Assembly (NCBI GenBank): GCA_964016885.1
Contig: OZ024741.1
Coordinates: forward strand, 374,046,001-374,110,000
Direction of reading: 5' to 3'
Source: Eledone cirrhosa
Taxonomy: Eukaryota
Length of the DNA: 64,000 bases
The notes below the pieces were generated by a model. It was not told where the DNA came from. It saw nothing but the letters and a program-made list of their open reading frames with translations, and made no database searches. Shown here one piece after another: positions 59,441 through 64,000 of this stretch. Position numbers and translations under genes: made by a program. How positions within the stretch are numbered: position 1 is the first letter of the stretch; each line of letters begins with the position of its first letter.

Positions 59441-59646
59441 GACAGCTTTGTCATGTCAACGAAATGGATTAAGGATTTATGTTCACACTTTGTATAATGA
59501 TCCGTTTGATTACCTGGAGCTGCATTTCAAATGCAATGGATGGTTCCGAATATGAAATCATTTTAGAAAAAAACACCAACAACAAAGTGACAACTACATG
59601 TGATGACAACTGAGAGGACAGTGGGGACAATGAGGACCTTGCCTAG
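59441..59646 (+). pseudogene. Decayed C-terminal fragment of a pogo/Tc2-like DDE transposase
   Basis: 59521-59646 translates CISNAMDGSEYEIILEKNTNNKVTTTCDDN*EDSGDNEDLA*, resembling the C-[CG]-ISN-x-x-DG-[ST]-EDD motif plus acidic tail I recall at the end of pogo-family (POGK-like) transposases. 59441-59497 in another frame gives DSFVMSTKWIKDLCSHFV*, resembling the preceding W-[IV]-K-x-A-W helix. Frameshifted, with stops. Confidence 0.62.
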
Positions 59647-62600
59647 TGACAACTACATGTGACAACTGAGAAGACAGTGGGGACAATGAGGACCTTGCCT
59701 AGTGACAACTACATGTGACAACTGAGAAGACAGTGGGGACAATGAGGACCTTGCCTAGTGACAACTACATGTGATGACAACTGAGAGGACAGTGGGGACA
59801 ATGAGGATCTTGCCTAGTGACAACTACATGTGACAACTGAGAGGACAGTGAGGACAATGAGGACCTTGCCTAGTGACAACTACATGTGACAACTGAGAAG
59901 ACAGTGAGGACAATGAGGACCTTGCCTAGTGACAACTACATGTGACAACTGAGAAGACAGTGAGGAGAATGAGGACCTTGCCTAGTGACAACTACATGTG
60001 ACAACTGAGAAGACAGTGAGGACAATGAGGACCTTGCCTAGTGACAACTACATGTGACAACTGAGAAGACAGTGAGGACAATGAGGACCTTGCCTAGTGA
60101 CAACTACATGTGACAACTGAGAAGACAGTGAGGACAATGAGGACCTTGCCTAGTGACAACTACATGTGATGACAACTGAGAGGACAGTGGGGACAATGAG
60201 GACCTTGCCTAGTGACAACTACATGTGATGACAACTGAGAGGACAGTGGGGACAATGAGGATCTTGCCTAGTGACAACTACATGTGACAAGTGAGAAGAC
60301 AGTGAGGACAATGAGGACCTTGCCTAGTGACAACTACATGTGACAATTGAGAAGACAGTGAAGACAATGAGGACCTTGCCTAGTGACAACTACATGTGAC
60401 AACTGAGAGGACAGTGGGGATAATGAGGACCTTGCCTAGTGACAACTACATGTGACAAGTGAGAAGACAGTGAGGACAATGAGAACCTTGCCTAGTGACA
60501 ACTACATGTGACAACTGAGAAGACAGTGAGGACAATGAGGACCTTGCCTAGTGACAACTACATGTGATGACAACTGAGAGGACAGTGGGGACAATGAGGA
60601 CCTTGCCTAGTGACAACTACATGTGACAAGTGAGAAGACAGTGAGGACAATGAGAACCTTGCCTAGTGACAACTACATGTGACAATTGAGAAGACAGTGA
60701 GGACAATGAGAACCTTGGCTAGTGACAACTACATGTGACAACTGAGAGGACAGTGGGGACAATGAGGACCTTGCCTAGTGACAAATACATGTGACAACTG
60801 AGAAGACAGTGAAGACAATGAGGACCTTGCCTAGTGACAACTACATGTGACAACTGAGAGGACAGTGAGGACAATGAGGACCTTGCCTAGTGACAACTAC
60901 ATGTGACAACTACATGTGACAACTGAGAAGACAGTGAGGACAATGAGGACCTTGCCTAGTGACAACTACATGTGACAACTGAGAGGACAGTGAGGACAAT
61001 GAGGACCTTGCCTAGTGACAACTACATGTGACAACTACATGTGACAACTGAGAAGACAGTGAGGACAATGAGGACCTTGCCTAGTGACAACTACATGTGA
61101 CAATTGAGAAGACAGTGAGGACAATGAGGACCTTGCCTAGTGACAACTACATGTGACAACTATATGTGACAACTGAGAAGACAGTGAAGACAATGAGGAC
61201 CTTGCCTAGTGACAACTACATGTGACAACTACATGTGACAACTGAGAAGACAGTGAGGACAATGAGGACCTTGCCTAGTGACAACTACATGTGACAATTG
61301 AGAAGACAGTGAGGACAATGAGGACCTTGCCTAGTGACAACTACATGTGACAACTGAGAAGACAGTGAGGACAATGAGGACCTTGCCTAGTGACAACTAC
61401 ATGTGACAATTGAGAAGACAGTGAGGAGAATGAGGACCTTGCCTAGTGACAACTACATGTGACAACTGAGAAGACAGTGAGGACAATGAGGACCTTGCCT
61501 AGTGACAACTACATGTGACAACTGAGAAGACAGTGAAGACAATGAGGACCTTGCCTAGTGACAACTAAATGTGACAATTGAGAAGACAGTGAGGACAATG
61601 AGGACCTTGCCTAGTGACAACTACATCTGACAACTGAGAAGACAGTGAGGACAATGAGGACCTTGTCTAGTGACAACTACATGTGACAACTGAAAGGACA
61701 GAGGGGACAATGAGGACCTTGCCTAGTGACAACTACATGTGACAACTGAGAAGACAGTGAAGACAATGAGGACCTTGCCTAGTGACAACTACATGTGACA
61801 ACTGAGAAGACAGTGAAGACAATGAGGACCTTGCCTAGTGACAACTACATGTGACAACTGAGAAGACAGTGAGGACAATGAGGACCTTGCCTAGTGACAA
61901 CTACATGTGACAACTGAGAGGACAGTGAGGACAATGAGGACCTTGCCTAGTGACAACTACATGTGACAAGTGAGAAGACAGTGAGGACAATGAGGACCTT
62001 GCCTAGTGACGACTACATGTGACAACTGAGAAGACAGTGAGGATAATGAGGACCTTGCCTAGTGACAACTACATGTGATGACAACTGAGAAGACAGTGAG
62101 GACAATGAGGACCTTGCCTAGTGACAACTACATGTGATGACAACTGAGAAGACAGTGAAGACAATGAGGACCTTGCCTAGTGACAACTACATCTGACAAC
62201 TGAGAAGACAGTGAAGACAATGAGGACCTTGCCTAGTGACAACTACATGTGACAACTGAGAAGACAGTGAGGACAATGAGGACCTTGCCTAGTGACAACT
62301 ACATGTGACAACTGAGAAGACAGTGAGGACAATGAGGACCTTGCCTAGTGACAACTACGTATGAGAACTGAGAAGACAGTGAGGACAATGAGGACCTTGC
62401 CTAGTGACATCTACATGTGACAACTGAGAAGACAGTGAAGACAATGAAGACCTTGCCTAGTGACAACTACATGTGACAACTGAGAAGACAGTGAAGACAA
62501 TGAGGACCTTGCCTAGTGACAACTACATCTGACAACTGAGAGGACAGTGAGGACAATGAGGACCTTGCCTAGTGACAACTACATGTGACAACTGAGAAGA

Positions 62601-64000
62601 CAGTGAGGACAATGAGGACCTTGCCTAGTGACAACTACATGTGACAAGTGATAAGACAGTGAGGACAATGAGGACCTTGCCTAGTGACAACTACATGTGA
62701 CAAGTGAGAAGACAGTGAGGACAATGAGGACCTTGCCTAGGGACAACTACATGTGACAACTGAGAAGACAGTGAGGACAATGAGGACCTTGCCTAGTGAC
62801 AACTACATGTGACAACTGAGAAGACAGTGAAGACAATGAGGACCTTGCCTAGTGACAACTACATGTGACAACTGAGAAGACAGTGAGGACAATGAGGACC
62901 TTGCCTAGTGACAACTACATGTGACAAGTGAGAAGACAGTGAGGACAATGAGGACCTTGCCTAGTGACAACTACATGTGACAACTGAGAAGACAGTGAGG
63001 ACAATGAGGACCTTGCCTAGTGACAACTACATGTGACAAGTGAGAAGACAGTGAGGACAATGAGGACCTTGCCTAGTGACAACTACATGTGACAACTGAG
63101 AAGACAGTGAGGACAATGAGGACCTTGCCTAGTGACAACTACATGTGACAACTGAGAAGACAGTGAGGACAATGAGGACCTTGCCTAGTGACAACTACAT
63201 GTGACAACTGAGAAGACAGTGAGGACAATGAGGACCTTGCCTAGTGACGACTACATGTGACAACTGAGAAGACAGTGAGGACAATGAGGACCTTGCCTAG
63301 TGACAACTACATGTGACAAGTGAGAAGACAGTGAGGACAATGAGGACCTTGCCTAGTGACAACTACATGTGACAACTGAGAAGACAGTGAGGACAATGAG
63401 GACCTTGCCTAGTGACAACTACATGTGACAACTGAGAAGACAGTGAGGACAATGAGGACCTTTCCTAGTGACAACTACATGTGACAAGTGAGAAGACAGT
63501 GAGGACAATGAGGACCTTGCCTAGTGACAACTACATGTGACAACTGAGAGGACAGTGAGGACAGTGAGGACCTTGCCTAGTGACAACTACATGTGACAAC
63601 TGAGAGGACAGTGAGGACAATGAGGACCTTGCCTAGTGACAACTACATGTGACAACTGAGAGGACAGTGAGGACAATGAGGACCTTGCCTAGTGACACGT
63701 ACATGTGATGACAACTGAGAAGACAGTGAAGACAATGAGGGCCTTGCCTAGTGACAACTACATGTGACAACTGAGAGGACAGTGAGGACAATGAGGACCT
63801 TGCCTAGTGACAACTACATGTGACAACTGAGAGGACAGTGAGGACAATGAGGACCTTGCCTAGTGACACGTACATGTGATGACAACTGAGAAGACAGTGA
63901 AGACAATGAGGACCTTGCCTAGTGACAACTACATGTGACAACTGAGAGGACAGTGAAGACAATGAGGACCTTGCCTAGTGACAACTAAATGTGACAATTG
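59586..64000. repeat. 56-bp minisatellite array, about 78 units, runs off the right edge
   Basis: Consensus AGTGACAACTACATGTGACAACTGAGAAGACAGTGAGGACAATGAGGACCTTGCCT. There are 59-bp variants (ATGTGATGAC) and 69-bp variants (13-bp GTGACAACTACAT duplicated) at 60889, 61014, 61139 and 61208. Confidence 0.99.

Larger units (their letters stand above)
59231..64000 (+). mobile_element. Putative non-autonomous Tc2/pogo-like DNA transposon: left end, transposase remnant and internal minisatellite; right end not in window
   Basis: TA (59229-59230) is followed by CCGTATTCTTCCGTGTG..., resembling the TA target and CCGTA terminus of Tc2-type elements. Three related motifs follow: CGTGTGTTGTCCGCA (59242), CGTGTATAAGACGCA (59259) and GGTGTATAACACGCA (59316). 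There is a small CCAGA/TCTGG inverted repeat (59285-59300) and a transposase-like peptide downstream. The second TIR is not visible. Confidence 0.7.

Noticed and set aside
59586-64000. 56-bp array as coding sequence, CRISPR array or E-box (CATGTG) enhancer cluster
   Set aside because: Unit length is not a multiple of three and + strand frames hit frequent TGA/TAG. There are no spacers, and a 6-bp motif in an amplified unit is not evidence of regulation.

Overview
Eukaryotic-looking, almost entirely tandem-repeat DNA with no credible intact gene. (1) 1-58964: about 1,620 head-to-tail copies of an AT-rich (28% GC) 36-bp satellite, consensus CAATAGTTTAATACTAACTACA(G/A)TAGCAGTAATTAC. It is a patchwork of nested, irregular duplications (0.25-11.7 kb offsets) and is interrupted four times by the same compound (GTA)n microsatellite island. 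The long ORFs in the track arise because the 12-codon monomer has a stop-free frame on each strand. (2) 58965-59228: a short unique spacer. (3) From 59231: what looks like the left end of a Tc2/pogo-like (Tc1/mariner superfamily) DNA transposon (TA + CCGTATT..., repeated GTGTATAAGACGCA motifs), followed by a decayed fragment resembling a pogo transposase C-terminus (CISNAMDGSE). (4) 59586-64000: a 56-bp minisatellite whose first unit continues in frame from that fragment as an acidic tail. The most notable observation is therefore a probable minisatellite born from transposase coding sequence inside a non-autonomous element. Family assignments come from motif recall, not database searches. I see no evidence for a novel protein-coding or CRISPR-like system.
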